From Sphagnum compactum (lineage: Eukaryota): a DNA stretch of 64,000 bases. Location of the stretch: NCBI GenBank assembly GCA_965153455.1, contig OZ234493.1:15862213-15926212 (forward strand). The letters run 5' to 3'. Positions 1-11,949 of this stretch are shown here, in pieces. Both the position numbers and the translations under genes were made by a program. Numbering within the stretch: position 1 is the stretch's first letter; each line of letters starts with the position of its first letter. A model generated the notes under the pieces. The model saw nothing but the letters and a program-made list of their open reading frames with translations. It was not told the DNA's origin and did not search any database.

Positions 1-225
1 ATTTCCTCTTCTTTAGGGACGGGCCCAACGAAACAAAAATTCGGAAACATATCAATAGCCGCTCTTTCCTTTTCTCAAGCCTAATGTTATGTATTGACAA
101 ATCGGTTGTGACAACTTTTGTGCTGAAAAGGGGAAAGTAGTAAGTTTTGGAACTTTCATAAGAAGTCGCAAAAGTGAGTAAAAGTTCTCTCCCTCTTCTT
201 TGCCTACAAAAATCATGTGATGTTA

Positions 226-929
226 GAGCATCTCCATGAGTGCTCAGAAAGAATGTGACCCTGTCCAAAATAATTTTCACGTCCATGTTTAGTTATTTAC
301 TTTTTTGCAACCCCAGCCATAAAACTGAAACTGGTACAGCAAGCAAATAGGTGGGGAACTACTAATAGCAAACCACTTGGACCAATCATTATCATGGGCC
401 AATAAGAAAACACTGAGATCATGTCTATTGCACTGTTTTCTGTGGGTGCACAGCATTGCTGCGCCTTTTAGTAGCAACTGAAACTGGTACAGCAAATAGG
501 TGGGGAACTACTAATAGCAAACCACTTGGACCAATCATTATCATGGGCCAATAAGAAAACACTGAGATCATGTCTATTGCACTGTTTTGTTTTCTGTAGG
601 TGCACAGCATTGCTGCGCCTTTTAGTAGCAACTGAAACTGGTACAGCAAATAGGTGGGGAACTACTAATAGCAAACCACTTGGACCAATCATTATCATGG
701 GCCAATAAGAAAACACTGAGATCATGTCTATTGCACTGTTTTGTTTTCTGTAGGTGCACAGCATTGCTGCGCCTTTTAGTAGCCACAGCAAAGTCTGCAA
801 TAATGAGCAAAGTCTGCAATAATGTTGAGCCAAAACCAATTTCCTGAGCCAAACCGACGACATGTTTTGACATTTCTTCATCCAATTATACTGTGCAGGA
901 TCACATACTGAGCATGGCTGGAGATGGTC
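226..929. mobile_element. Tourist-like (PIF/Harbinger) MITE, 704 bp, TTA target-site duplication
   Basis: Left end TTA|GAGCATCTCCATGAGTGCTCAG (226-247). Right end CTGAGCATGGCTGGAGATGGTC|TTA (908-929), whose reverse complement GACCATCTCCAGCCATGCTCAG matches 17/22. TTA at 223-225 and 930-932. No coding capacity. Confidence 0.8.
323..783. repeat. Three near-identical tandem copies of a 153-154 bp unit inside the MITE
   Basis: The unit starting AACTGAAACTGGTACAGC recurs at 323, 476 and 630, with only small indels between copies. Confidence 0.95.
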
Positions 930-1010
930 TTACGAGGTTAACACAGTCCTCTGTGCTCAGATCGCTTGATTGCTTAAAACACCGCCCAGTACGAACCTTG
1001 TGGTTGTCAG

Positions 1011-1402
1011 TACTACGACATGCATGTGGGCCACAGTGAGCCAGCACCCACCAGCGCACCATCCACTAGATGCCTGTTGTGGATGAACCTCAACTGAGTT
1101 AATATGTGGTTTAACCTTGGTAACCAATTCTTTAGGAAATAGGTCTCATAAATAGGTAGATAGGTAGGAAAATAGGCACCTTCTAAGTAAGTAGATGGTT
1201 TATACATAGGTAAGGGCTGTTTTTACTACCTACCCACTAACAACTTGCTTGTGTAGGTTTTAAAAAAAAAAGCAACTGAGCTAAAACAGCATGGTTACCT
1301 AGGGAACAGAAAGCTGTTTCCTGACCACTTACCATTCATCCATCATGATGCGATGGTGGGTGCTGGTTCACTGTGGCCATGCCATGCCATGCCCTCATAG
1401 TA
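1011..1402. mobile_element. Small fold-back (MITE-like) element
   Basis: GGCCACAGTGAGCCAGCACCCACCAGCGCA (1029-1058) is inverted at 1349-1378 (28/30). The outer ends TACTACGA and TCATAGTA also pair. No clear TSD. Confidence 0.65.
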
Positions 1403-1508
1403 ACCACGATTGGGTGGGTACCCATTTGGTGTGCTAGAATTGTTGATTCCAGTTCTAGCTAGTAAAAAGGGAATCAAAACTGGGTCTGATTTTTGAAACA
1501 ATACTGTA

Positions 1509-1699
1509 GTACCTTGGCCATTTCAACACATGTCTGTGGAAATAATTAATTAATTTTGAAATTTTTCATTTCAAGAAATGGAATATTCCTAAATATTCAC
1601 TATTATCCATCACTTCTTTTTTTGATTTGGAAGAAATAATTTTTGAAAATTTCAATATTTCTGAAAATAATATACTTAATGTCGAATTGGCCAAGGTAC
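1509..1699. mobile_element. About 190 bp MITE flanked by TA (Tc1/mariner-Stowaway-like), copy 1
   Basis: TIRs GTACCTTGGCCATTTCAAC and GTCGAATTGGCCAAGGTAC, with TA on both sides. A diverged full-length copy lies inverted at about 55610-55800. Confidence 0.7.
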
Positions 1700-2086
1700 T
1701 AAGGTAATCACAATGGGACCCAAATCATTTTTTAATTGGGAACCTTCTCATCCCATTTTAAACATGATTTGGGTCCCCATTTGAGTCCCTAAATGAATCA
1801 GTTCTATGTACATGTGGAACTGGAATCCAAATTGAGATCCATGGGAAATTTTTAAAAAAAAAAAAGTGAAACCCTAATTTGAGACTAATTGCAATTAAGT
1901 GTCAGTTTTGGTCAGGGTTTGATTTTCAGAACCCGACCCTAGAGCTAGATACCTCAATTCCATTTATGTGTGGAATGGGAGATGAATGTTCAGGGCCAAA
2001 AGAATTTGGGGCCAACTTTGAGCATTGTTGGGTTGCAAATTGACCCCAAGTTACTAATAAATGTTAGAACATTGATGTGAGGATAT

Positions 2087-5000
2087 AAACAAGCGGCTCT
2101 TACACGAGAGGCTTTGTCCTGAAAATTAGGTATTACATTTAATGTTTTTACTATGAACTCAAGTTATATTGGATGAAAGTTTGTTGGCCTTAAGAAAGAT
2201 CATAAAAAAAAAAAATTCACATTTGTACTAAAAATAAAGTTTTCTAACCATCTTAGAATTCATTGTACATGTTTAGAAATTGAAATCATAGTTCCATTGT
2301 CTTCTTTTTAACCATACAAATGAATATAAAGTTGTGATTAATTATATTGTTTAAAAAAATCCAAGTTTTCCAAACTTGGATAACGTAGACTAATTTTAGC
2401 AATGTGCATGAGGTATTACAATGTTTGAAATAAACATCAATATTGAATGGATCTAATTTACGTGGAAAGATTTTTATTTTTGGTCTCATTTTCATTTTGA
2501 AGTTTGAGAATTTAATGTTTCTTATATTTGTTTTTGTCGCATTTTGGGTTTAGGTTTTCCATGAAAGGTGTGTTGTTATGATGTTTGATGGGTGTACATG
2601 TGGATAGAACAATCATTCAAAAAGAAATTTGGCTTGGTATTGATATTTACGAAAATTTTTTTGCACATGGTCCATGAAAAAAATTGTAAAAATGCAAATT
2701 CAAGCCACAAGGTGCCAACATTTTGGGAATATTTAATTAGGTGGAAAATGTATCATTTACATGCATATTTTCACAAATGCTACATTTTAAATAAATGGAG
2801 ATAGTAATGGTTTTTTGTTATACATTGGAAGTGTGTTTGATAATTTGAATGCAATATAAATTGGTTTGCGAAAATTTGACCAATTTGCTTTTGTTACACT
2901 AGATTTGCATTCATTTCCAAGGACATTTGTCCATATATGGTTTAATTGAGATCCAACTTTTGTGGTCCTTTCATTAAATTGTGATTTTAATTCGAATTTA
3001 TCCATGAAATATAATAGTTTTTGTTTATTTTTTGGTTGGTTATTTTCTTTTAGAATGTCAACATTAAAACCGCCCATAATGACGATTGAACAATGTTCAA
3101 GAGTTTCTTGAATTATAGTTTGACGATTGTTTAGAAATGTAAAAATTGAACATGAGTGAGCTTTATACACACATACAATATAAATTGATTTTCGTGTATT
3201 AATATTAATAATTGCTACTATATATTCTCAACCATCACTAATTATTGTATTGAAAGAATCTAAATGCATGTGAATGTCATACATCATCATTAACCCATGA
3301 CCATCATGGATTGAAATATATGAATACTTTGATGAATTTATAAATTTGTGCACATCTATTGATGCATCGTGTATTCTTGTTTCTATAAGACATAAGATAT
3401 GAGACATTTAAAGGTTATGATCATGATTGATGTCTTCGTAATGTTAGTGTAAAAAAATTGTATTCAAGGCTTGGATAATTACATGAGAATTATGTAAGTT
3501 TTTAATTGAAGAATTAATGGTATTCAAGTTGCAATTATTTTCAATCTATTCATTTCTACATGTACTATTGGATCCACATAAAACATTTCATGTTGGAGAA
3601 GAGTTAACAAAAATAATTTTTCTTTTGTTCGAATGTGAGATGATGTTGTATATGTTAACCCATTTTTTTTAACGTTAATGGGATCAAAATCCAATTCATC
3701 CAGTGATAATCCATGAGAACTATGAATGGTTCTTGTTGTTGCAAGTTGAATTGGAAATTGAATTCTTGTTATGATAAACGATTGGGATTTACCAACTTTT
3801 ATATCTTTGATGATACGTTTAATTGGTGTCCATTTTGAATCAATGTTGTTGTCATAATAATGATTACATTTTTTTCTTGTTAGTCTTCCAATTTTAGAAT
3901 TCTAAAACATTATCCATATAGTGGTTTTTTCATAATATGTTGTTGATGCTTTAAAAATGCCATCAACTCCATTCACAAGACCATCCTATGTTGCATAGTT
4001 ACCAACACATAATTCAACCAACATATCTTTTTTTATATTAATTGTAGAATGCAAACTCGTAGTTTTATTCGGATCATTTGAGAATTTGTAAAATGGTGGG
4101 CATGATTGATGGTTGATGTCAATTGCTTTGAAAATAAATGTGAGTTTTAATGTGTTAGTGAACATATTTTTATTGTGTTTTTGCACAAGTATATTTGTAT
4201 AAATAAATATGAAATAGTCAAATCGTTGGATTGTTGCCGATTAAAAATTAAATTTATAAATTCAATATCATTTGTATTTTCTGTTGCAGTACGAAATTTG
4301 TTCAAAGTTTGTATAAAAACCAAATCAAACTATCTCATAACTTTATTTAGTTCATAACATTAGACATATGTTTGCTAAAAATTTGATGCTAATGCATTGA
4401 CATTATTTTTGATATTTTGAAAAATTCAACTATCTTTCACAAGGGGTGTTTGATAGAAAACATTTGTTAGGATAACATTAACATCACCAAAAAAATTGTT
4501 TTGAATGTGTTTTATAGATCTTAACCCATTATTTATAACATTAAACATAAAATAAAACTCTTAACCTTTTGTCCCCTTTTCTTAAAGTTCCATATACAAC
4601 TTGTAATTCTTTCAATATAATTGAATTATTCATTTCTTATACCTATTGAAACACCATAATTAAAAAAAACCCCATGAAAAAAAATAAAATTAAATATCTT
4701 AACCTTTTTGCTTTCCCTAAATTTTCACCTATAAACCCCAATGTACCCCCACCCAACTTTATAAACTAGTTGTGTTTGCCCCATGCATGCTTGTTAAAAC
4801 CTAAAATCACACATGCATATTTACTATTTTAGGGCAATAATAAAATTTTATACCATAAAAGGCAACAACAATACAAAAAGAAAGAATCAATTACAAATTA
4901 TTAAATCTTCATCAAAACCTTATTGAAGTTTTAAAAATAACATCAAATTAATTTTTAAAAATTATATCTCAAAAACATTTTTTTATTTATTTTAAAATTG

Positions 5001-5445
5001 ACATGCTTTATTTTAATCAATTCTTGCATATTTTTTCAAATCTGATTTTAATAAGATTTAAAAGCTAATTATTTGTATGTTTATCAAACAAATTTTGTTT
5101 AAAAAATTTAGTCATATGAATTGTTTTTTACATTTCATGGTGATATGAAACCTCATCATACAAAAAGCAAGTAACAACCCAACAAAATAAAACAATATAA
5201 AGACATAATTACATCAGTTACCCGACATTCATATTTTGAGAAGAAACCCAACCAGTAGATGGGTCGATTTCAAAACAACCCATCAATTGGATGGGTGCAC
5301 CCAAAATCTACACACGCCCATCCATTAGCTTGGGTCAATAAAAAACTTACACACCTTATCCATTCAGTCAACTTTTGATTCTTCGACCGCTAGACCCCCG
5401 CTCAGAGGGTCTTCCCACAATGCCTCTGTAGGACAGAGCCAATAA
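2087..5445 (-). mobile_element. Internally deleted endonuclease-encoding Helitron2/Helentron (PIF1 helicase C-terminal part plus EEP/AP endonuclease remnants)
   Basis: Minus-strand PIF1 motifs: NNFFGDVNVILTNVFYQTPLVKD (about 4435-4500), YELNKVMR (about 4335-4358) and ITRIQFPIQLATTRTIHSSHGLSLDEL (about 3692-3772). EEP motifs follow: HILCLIETRI (about 3372-3401) and ORF 2787-3170 with IMGGFNVDIL...TTKVGSQLNHIWTN...KPIY. Asymmetric sub-terminal inverted repeats GGCTTTGTCCT (2110-2120) and AGGACAGAGCC (5430-5440), each next to a hairpin. The 3' end reads CTTGTTT on the minus strand. Confidence 0.8.
2787..4548 (-). pseudogene. Degenerate helicase-endonuclease coding region of the Helentron
   Basis: Helicase and endonuclease motifs are collinear but interrupted by stops and frameshifts. 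Similarity stops abruptly at about 4548, and no Rep (HUH) domain is seen. Confidence 0.8.
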
Positions 5446-6506
5446 AATTTCCTTACTTTGCGGATACCACTGAAAGAGGGGATTAGGGGGGTGAAAGCAG
5501 GCCCACAGACAGGGTGACGACAGGGTGACAAAGAGAGGGTGAAGACAGCGTGACAAAGGCAGGGTGAAGAGAGGGTGATTTTACAGATAACACTATTGGA
5601 TGATTTGCGTCTTCTACTTAATTGCAAAATCCTGTTTTGTTTCTGTTATCACACACTAGGATTTGATTTGTGTGATGGGTGGGGATGAAACAGTTGTTGT
5701 TGTGGGTAGCACCAACAGGAGCAGCAGGAACATCATCATCATCAATACAAAGCCCTGCTGTTGCAGTAGCTGCTGCCTATAATAACTTGCACAAAACTTC
5801 CTCCAAACAAAAACTTTCCACATACTTCCATAAAGTCTTCACAAAACTTCCACAAAAACTTCACAAAACTTTCATTTTGACAGTTGCAAATCAAACCCAG
5901 TTTTTCATTCCAAAGTGTACAGATAGAGCTCTTTTGTGTGTGTGTGTATGTGTGTTTTCTTTGTGTGTGGTGTTTTTTCTTTTCCTGCAAGCTCACAAAT
6001 TTGGGTAGCCACTGGACATACAAGGGGCGGGGGGGGGATTGCAGCAGCTGCACAAGAGAAAGCTAAGGTAGCTGATTACTACAGCAGCAACACTTGTTCA
6101 CATCATCTTGCATGTCATGTTGTTGCTTGCACAGATCTTATCTATTGCTCTCTGCAGATAAGGAGGGAGAGGAAACTAGCTTAGCTGGTGGGTTTGTAGT
6201 ACTAGCATCACAGTGGAAAAGTTTGCAGGTGTGAAGAAGAATTTTGGACTGTGAAGAAATTTGGGCTGTTTTTCACTTCAGAGATATATTCTTGGGTTTT
6301 GTTCCTTCTTCTAGTCTTTTGTGGCATCGCTTCTTTTTACTACTGCATATGGTGCAGGAGAGCTTGGTTGCAGCAACTCTTGAAGGTTCTGATGATGATG
6401 TGTTGTTTGTGAGTGTTATGTAGTAGTTTTCTACCAGCTGCTGCTCAGAGATCAGAAGTCTGGTTCTGTTCTGGCAAGCTTGGAAGGAAGGAAGGAAAGA
6501 AATATT

Positions 6507-8667
6507 ATGGCAGCAGCAGCAGCAGCAGCAGCAACAGAAGTAGAAGTTGACGCATGGGCTGCAAGAGACACTTCAGGCCACTTATCCCCCTTCACATTCT
6601 CGCGTAGGTGAGGAGCATATCCTTAAGAACTGGCCAGTTTTTGTTTGCAAAGATTGAGTGAGATTGTGTTGGGTTTTGTGTTCTGATCTTGGATTTTTTC
6701 TTTTATTCTTTTTCTCTTTTTGGTGCCCATGGGGTTGCTTTGCTTGCCTGCTTGCTTGCAGAGGAACCAGGCCAGGAGATGTGAAGTTCAAGGTCCTGTT
6801 CTGTGGAGTTTGTCACAGTGACTTGCATCAGATCCACAATGACTGGGGAGCATCAATCTACCCCATGGTTCCTGGGTAAGTTCCATTTCTCCCAATTCAT
6901 GAGATCCTGAAGCATGAAGAAGAGATGGCGAATCCAATCTGGAACAAGCTTTTCCTCTGTTGAAGCTCGTGAGCTTCTGATCAACAGATGGATCTTTCCT
7001 CTGTTGAAGCTCCTAAGGTTCAACCAACAGATTGATCTCCTCTCTGTTGAACCTCAGGAGCTCTGATCATCAGAGGGGTGGGGTGGGGAGTTAATGGGAA
7101 AATTCTTTTTGCCTTGATTGTTCAGGCATGAGATAGTGGGAGAGGTCACAGAAGTTGGCTCAGAGGTGAAAGCTTTCAAGGTTGGGGAGATTGTTGGAGT
7201 GGGATGCATGGTGAATTCATGCCAAACCTGCGACCCATGCACACAACATCTTGAACAGTATTGCCAGACGAAGGTCTGGACATACACTGACAAGGACTAT
7301 GATGGCACTATCACGCAAGGCGGGTACTCCACAATTATGGTCTGCAGACAAGAGTATGTAATTCTTATTCTTTTGATTACTCTGATTCTTATGTATCTGT
7401 GATCCTCTACTTCAATCTGTTCAGATAAAAAGCCCGAATTTGTAAGAAAATTCTTGGCATCATTCTTCTTGATCTGGAGGTCTGATGAGGATTTGTGTCA
7501 AAGTCATGAGATTTAGGATGTGTCTGTTGATGATGGGGTTGGGTGGCCCAGATTTGTGTTGAAGATTCCTACCAATTTGCCACTGGATGCAGCAGCGCCA
7601 TTGTTGTGTGCGGGTATTACAGTTTACAGCCCAATGAAGCATTTCCAGATGGATGTAGCAGGCAAGCATTTTGGAGTGGTGGGTTTAGGAGGCTTAGGTC
7701 ACATGGCTGTCAAGTTTGGGAAAGCCTTTGGTATGACGGTGACTGTCTTCAGCACGTCTCCCAGCAAAGAGAAGGAAGCTTGCGAGCTTCTGGGAGCTGA
7801 TCGGTTCATTGTCAGTAAAGATCCAGAGCAAATGAAGGTACAAAAGGAAGAAAAAAAAGATTGAACAATGACCAAATTTCCTCTTGTTGGCCAAAGCTTT
7901 ACCAGTGGATACTTGATGTCAATGTGATAGAATTCACAGTCTGTGGAATACTTGTTGTTAGTGCAACAGAACTCATGATCTGCGCACATTGTGACATGCT
8001 TGGCGTCAATGCAATGGAATTCAGGATCTGTGGATATGACACGCCTGGTGTCAATGCAACAGAACTCGTGATCCATGTATTTGGATATGTGGGTATTTGT
8101 GCAGGCTGCAGTAGGATCAATTGATTACATAATTGACACAGTCTCTGCTGCTCATCCTTTGGATCCGTACCTGAGTACTTTGAAACTAGATGGCAAGCTC
8201 GTGATGGTGGGAATTCCACAGAAGCCTTTGTCAATTCATGCATTCTCCCTCACTTCTGGTAAAGCCCCAAATTCTTCTTCTACATTGTTTTATCTTTTTG
8301 TTTGTTTGTTTGTTTGAGAGTAGGTTTTTACTGCGAAGTTCATTGAGAGAGAAAGAAAGAGAGTGTTTTGAAATTCCCCATATTCTTGCTAATTTGAGTT
8401 TGTGTCAATTATACAAATTTCTAAACCTAAATTTGGATATCCTTGGATTTATGGCTGCCAGCACGGCGGTACGTCGGAGGAAGTGGGATAGGAGGAATCA
8501 AGGAGACACAAGAGATGCTTGATTTTTGTGGGGAGCATAATATCACTTGCTTGATTGAGAAGATCCCCATTTCATACATCAACACTGCGATGGAAAGACT
8601 TGGCAAAGCAGATGTGAAATACCGCTTTGTCATCGATATTGCAAACAGCCTTAAATCTGAGGATTGA
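6507..8667 (+). CDS. CAD: Cinnamyl alcohol dehydrogenase-like Zn-dependent MDR alcohol dehydrogenase, 362 aa, 6 exons
   Basis: Exons 6507-6607, 6762-6875, 7126-7353, 7552-7837, 8105-8258 and 8462-8667 are all GT-AG and total 1089 nt. Motifs: [31 protein letters not shown], structural Zn CQTCDPC...[21 protein letters not shown]-binding GLGGLGH and DVKYRFVID. Confidence 0.96.
6950..7070. repeat. About 43 bp degenerate tandem repeat (x3) in CAD intron 2
   Basis: CCTCTGTTGAAGCTC-like core followed by a CAACAGA(T)GGATC-like tail, at about 6953, 6997 and 7040. Confidence 0.75.
7908..8077. repeat. About 33-45 bp degenerate tandem repeat (about x4) in CAD intron 4
   Basis: Recurring CTTGGTGTCAATGCAACAGAACTC(A/G)TGATCTG-like motif. 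Confidence 0.7.
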
Positions 8668-9779
8668 ATTTTGGCTTCAGATGACCACTTTAGAAGCGCA
8701 AGGTTGTAGCAGCTGCAGCAGCAACAGCTCAATTTTCATATGCTATAGTAGTACTACTGATTGTCAGGTTTTTGTTGTGCACCTAACAAGTCACAGTTTC
8801 TGCAAGTAGCGGATACATTTTGAGGTTTTTCTGAATTCTGAGGATTTGGATCTGGGGCTTTGCTCTTCAGTTTTGTTGTCTCTTGACTACAGTTTTTAGT
8901 CCACTTGAAAACAGGGCAATTGGACTAATAATGTAAGTGGGATTTTTCGAGTGAACTAATGCAAGAGGGATTTTATTACTGTAAAATGCAAGTGGGATCA
9001 TTGCAGATGGTAATCAAAAAATGCCTCGTGTAAATGGGTGAGAGAGTAGATATGTGAAATCAGCAGATTGTACTTGAAACATATGATGATGGATGGGAGT
9101 TTTGAAGACTAATTTCTTCACTATTTGCTTTCTCTAGACAAAGGAATGATTTCCCAAAGAGTGTATTGAGGACTTGTCGAATTGCAAAATGGTTCACCGA
9201 ACGAGTGTGTGAACTTTGTTTGAGGTTTTGTGAGGGAGAAAAACCTCAAAAACTCTAAACCCAAAGCTTTGTTGATGGGAAATTTGTAACAACTTTTTTT
9301 ATAAATGTACTTTCAGATGTTGTTATGCATTAGAAGACCTTCATTTATTTCTAGGAGCAATTTCATGACCGTTTTCATTAGGAAGTAATATTTCATGAAA
9401 AGTTTGTAGTAAACAAGTAGATTGGTTTTTTGAGATCAATTGTACTAGTGTAGCGAGTGTTGTCTTCGTGTCACAATGTCAACACTTTGTGTTCATGCAT
9501 TGTTAGTAGTTCAATTAATTGAGAATGTTAATTCTAAGCGGCAAGTTGTTTTAGACATGCTACACCAAAACTAGTCAACATACAAGTTCTAATGTAGACT
9601 CTCAAATGTGAATTTTCCCCGCTTGACTAATATACTTGGAACAATGAGGTTGGAAGGTTAAACAATATACCAATTACTCATTAACATTCAACCTACAAGA
9701 AAAGTCTTATCATATTGTTGCATGATAGAAATGTACATATAAATCTTAGGGAGGATGGAATGGAATGTTGGAGTTTTGT

Positions 9780-11110
9780 AATAATCATATGCGAACATCT
9801 AAATGCGTGACCTTTGTTGAAGAAAAATTGGATTAAGAGGCGCTTATAAACCCTAAACCCTAATTAGAGAGGAAAGGTTTTCTCCTATTGTTTATAGTGG
9901 ATGCATTGCCCATGGATGGGAAAATTGGATTTCCTATAAACATTCCATCATTAGGGAGAAATGATCATAAACATAAGATTTGTTACAATTTATCATAAAT
10001 GTCAAGCTTTATTTAGAAAAAAATTGTAATTTTTTTTTAAAGGTTTGAAATTATTAAGACCTAGCGACACAAGATTTGGAACAAATTTTGTTATGTTGGA
10101 AAGAATCTTGAATGTGAAGACTCCCCTTTCGCCAATGATTGTAAGTTCCAAACAGAAAGAATGGGCAAGACCTATAGAAGAAGAGGATGCATGAAAATTT
10201 CATTTTGACTTTGGCAAGTTGGAAAATTATAACATTAATATTTTAGGTCCCTAAGACAATGTTTTCTTTTATGCATCTTGTTGATTACAAGTAAGCCAAC
10301 TATGGGAAAGTTCTATAAGCATGTGGATTAATTAATTGAAAATGAAATGAAAGAGATGGTTTAACATTAAAAAAACATAACATATTGCAAGATCGTTCGT
10401 TATTCATTCATAGCCAATTCATTGTGTTGATATATTGTAGTCCGTTTAGCATTTCGGCATTTTCTTAACACACACACACACACACATATATAATTATGGT
10501 AGTAAAACAAAAATCTCTTGAAATTCTTGTAATTGAGGTGAGAACAAAAAAAAGTAATTTTGCACTAGACTTAGGCACATTACACCACCAAGCTTTTAAA
10601 CATTCAACAATAATGTCAAACAAAATTCTAGTACTTTTGGCATTGCAAGCAATTGATTTTGAGAAAATTTGACATTTATTAAAAATAATTTAATTGCAAC
10701 CAATATGGTAAAGGTATTATGACCTAGTCTTGGATCCCATTGTCCCAAATGGAAAACCAAGGGGCATGAGAAATATAAGGAAATAATGGCAGATTTTCAC
10801 AAAGTAGAGATTTTTTTGCCCCACTATTCGAAGGTAGGCCAATGTTGAAAAAAAACATTGGTGTCTTCTAGGAATATGGATTTTCTACCTTGATTGTTTT
10901 TTAGTTGCCAAAGAAACGGTAGCACATTCTTTTTGGATTTGAAACTTCTAAATTGCAATCAAAGTATTAAGTCAAGTCATTACATTGGCTTTTGCTTTCA
11001 AAGGAATTAGAGTTCATCATGGCTTGTTACTTGTTACATACATAGGAAGCAATGAAATAGATTGACTATAGAAAAAGTTCAAATTTAGTTTTTGTATGTA
11101 ATACTTCATG
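9780..11110 (+). mobile_element. Degenerate hAT transposase remnant
   Basis: GLKLLRPSDTRFGTNFVMLERILNVK at 10042-10119 and KPTMGKFYK at about 10293. A C-terminal dimerisation-like segment (KVLSQV...IHRKQ*NRLTIEK) lies at about 10960-11080. Many stops and frameshifts; boundaries approximate. Confidence 0.75.
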
Positions 11111-11949
11111 ACTTGAGGAAAGGATATCCTTTGTAAATTTGTAAATTCTAGTTGAGTGATGAAGAGGATTTGACAAGACGAAATATATTTTTAGACTTTT
11201 ATATTATTAAAAAATAACTATGTTTGTATTTCTAACATACTTGAATGCCTCCATTTTGAAGTATGCAAGTGTTTTTTTTTTAAATTATTATTTTGAAAAC
11301 AATGACATACTCCATTTTTGACATTGTTGACACAAAGACATGATGGATGCTAGTGAAAAAGAGATGAACCTTTTAGTTATGTCCATTGACAAAACACATG
11401 TGACAAATCTTGATATCAAGAACACAATTCAATTGTGCCCAAGCTCAAAAAGTACTCCTTTTGACTTATATGATAAGGATGTTAACAATACATAGAGGTA
11501 TATGGTCAATGTTATTCTTGGATTTACGACTATAATTGGGAATGGCATGCACAAGAAACCAACCCAAAACATGTCATGTTACTATAGAAGCATTTGATGA
11601 AGAGACCGATAACATTACAAAGTGAATTTCAAACATAAACATCATATAATTCTAGCATGTAAAGATTTTTTCAAAATACATTAATAATAGATAGAAAGGA
11701 AACAATAAACTTGATATTTTGATACATACTTCAAGTCAAATTTCATTGTCGGCTCACATAGATTTGATTTTGAAGTTTTACTCCATTAGATTCTTGACCA
11801 CATGCAACATGGCCATCTTGAATTGATTGAAGAATTTTGTTTCTTTGTGTGTCTCTATTTATAATGGTTCTTTAGACCTTCTTGCTCAACGTGAACTTGT
11901 TCTTTTTACAAAAGTACCAAAATGTTCTCAATATTAATTTCATCTTGAT

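Noticed and set aside
289..885. Overlapping ORFs of 60-137 aa with repeated peptides
   Set aside because: They are by-products of the 154-bp triplication inside a MITE.
9848..9863. AAACCCTAAACCCTAA as an interstitial telomere
   Set aside because: Only about two units are present, within TE-derived DNA.
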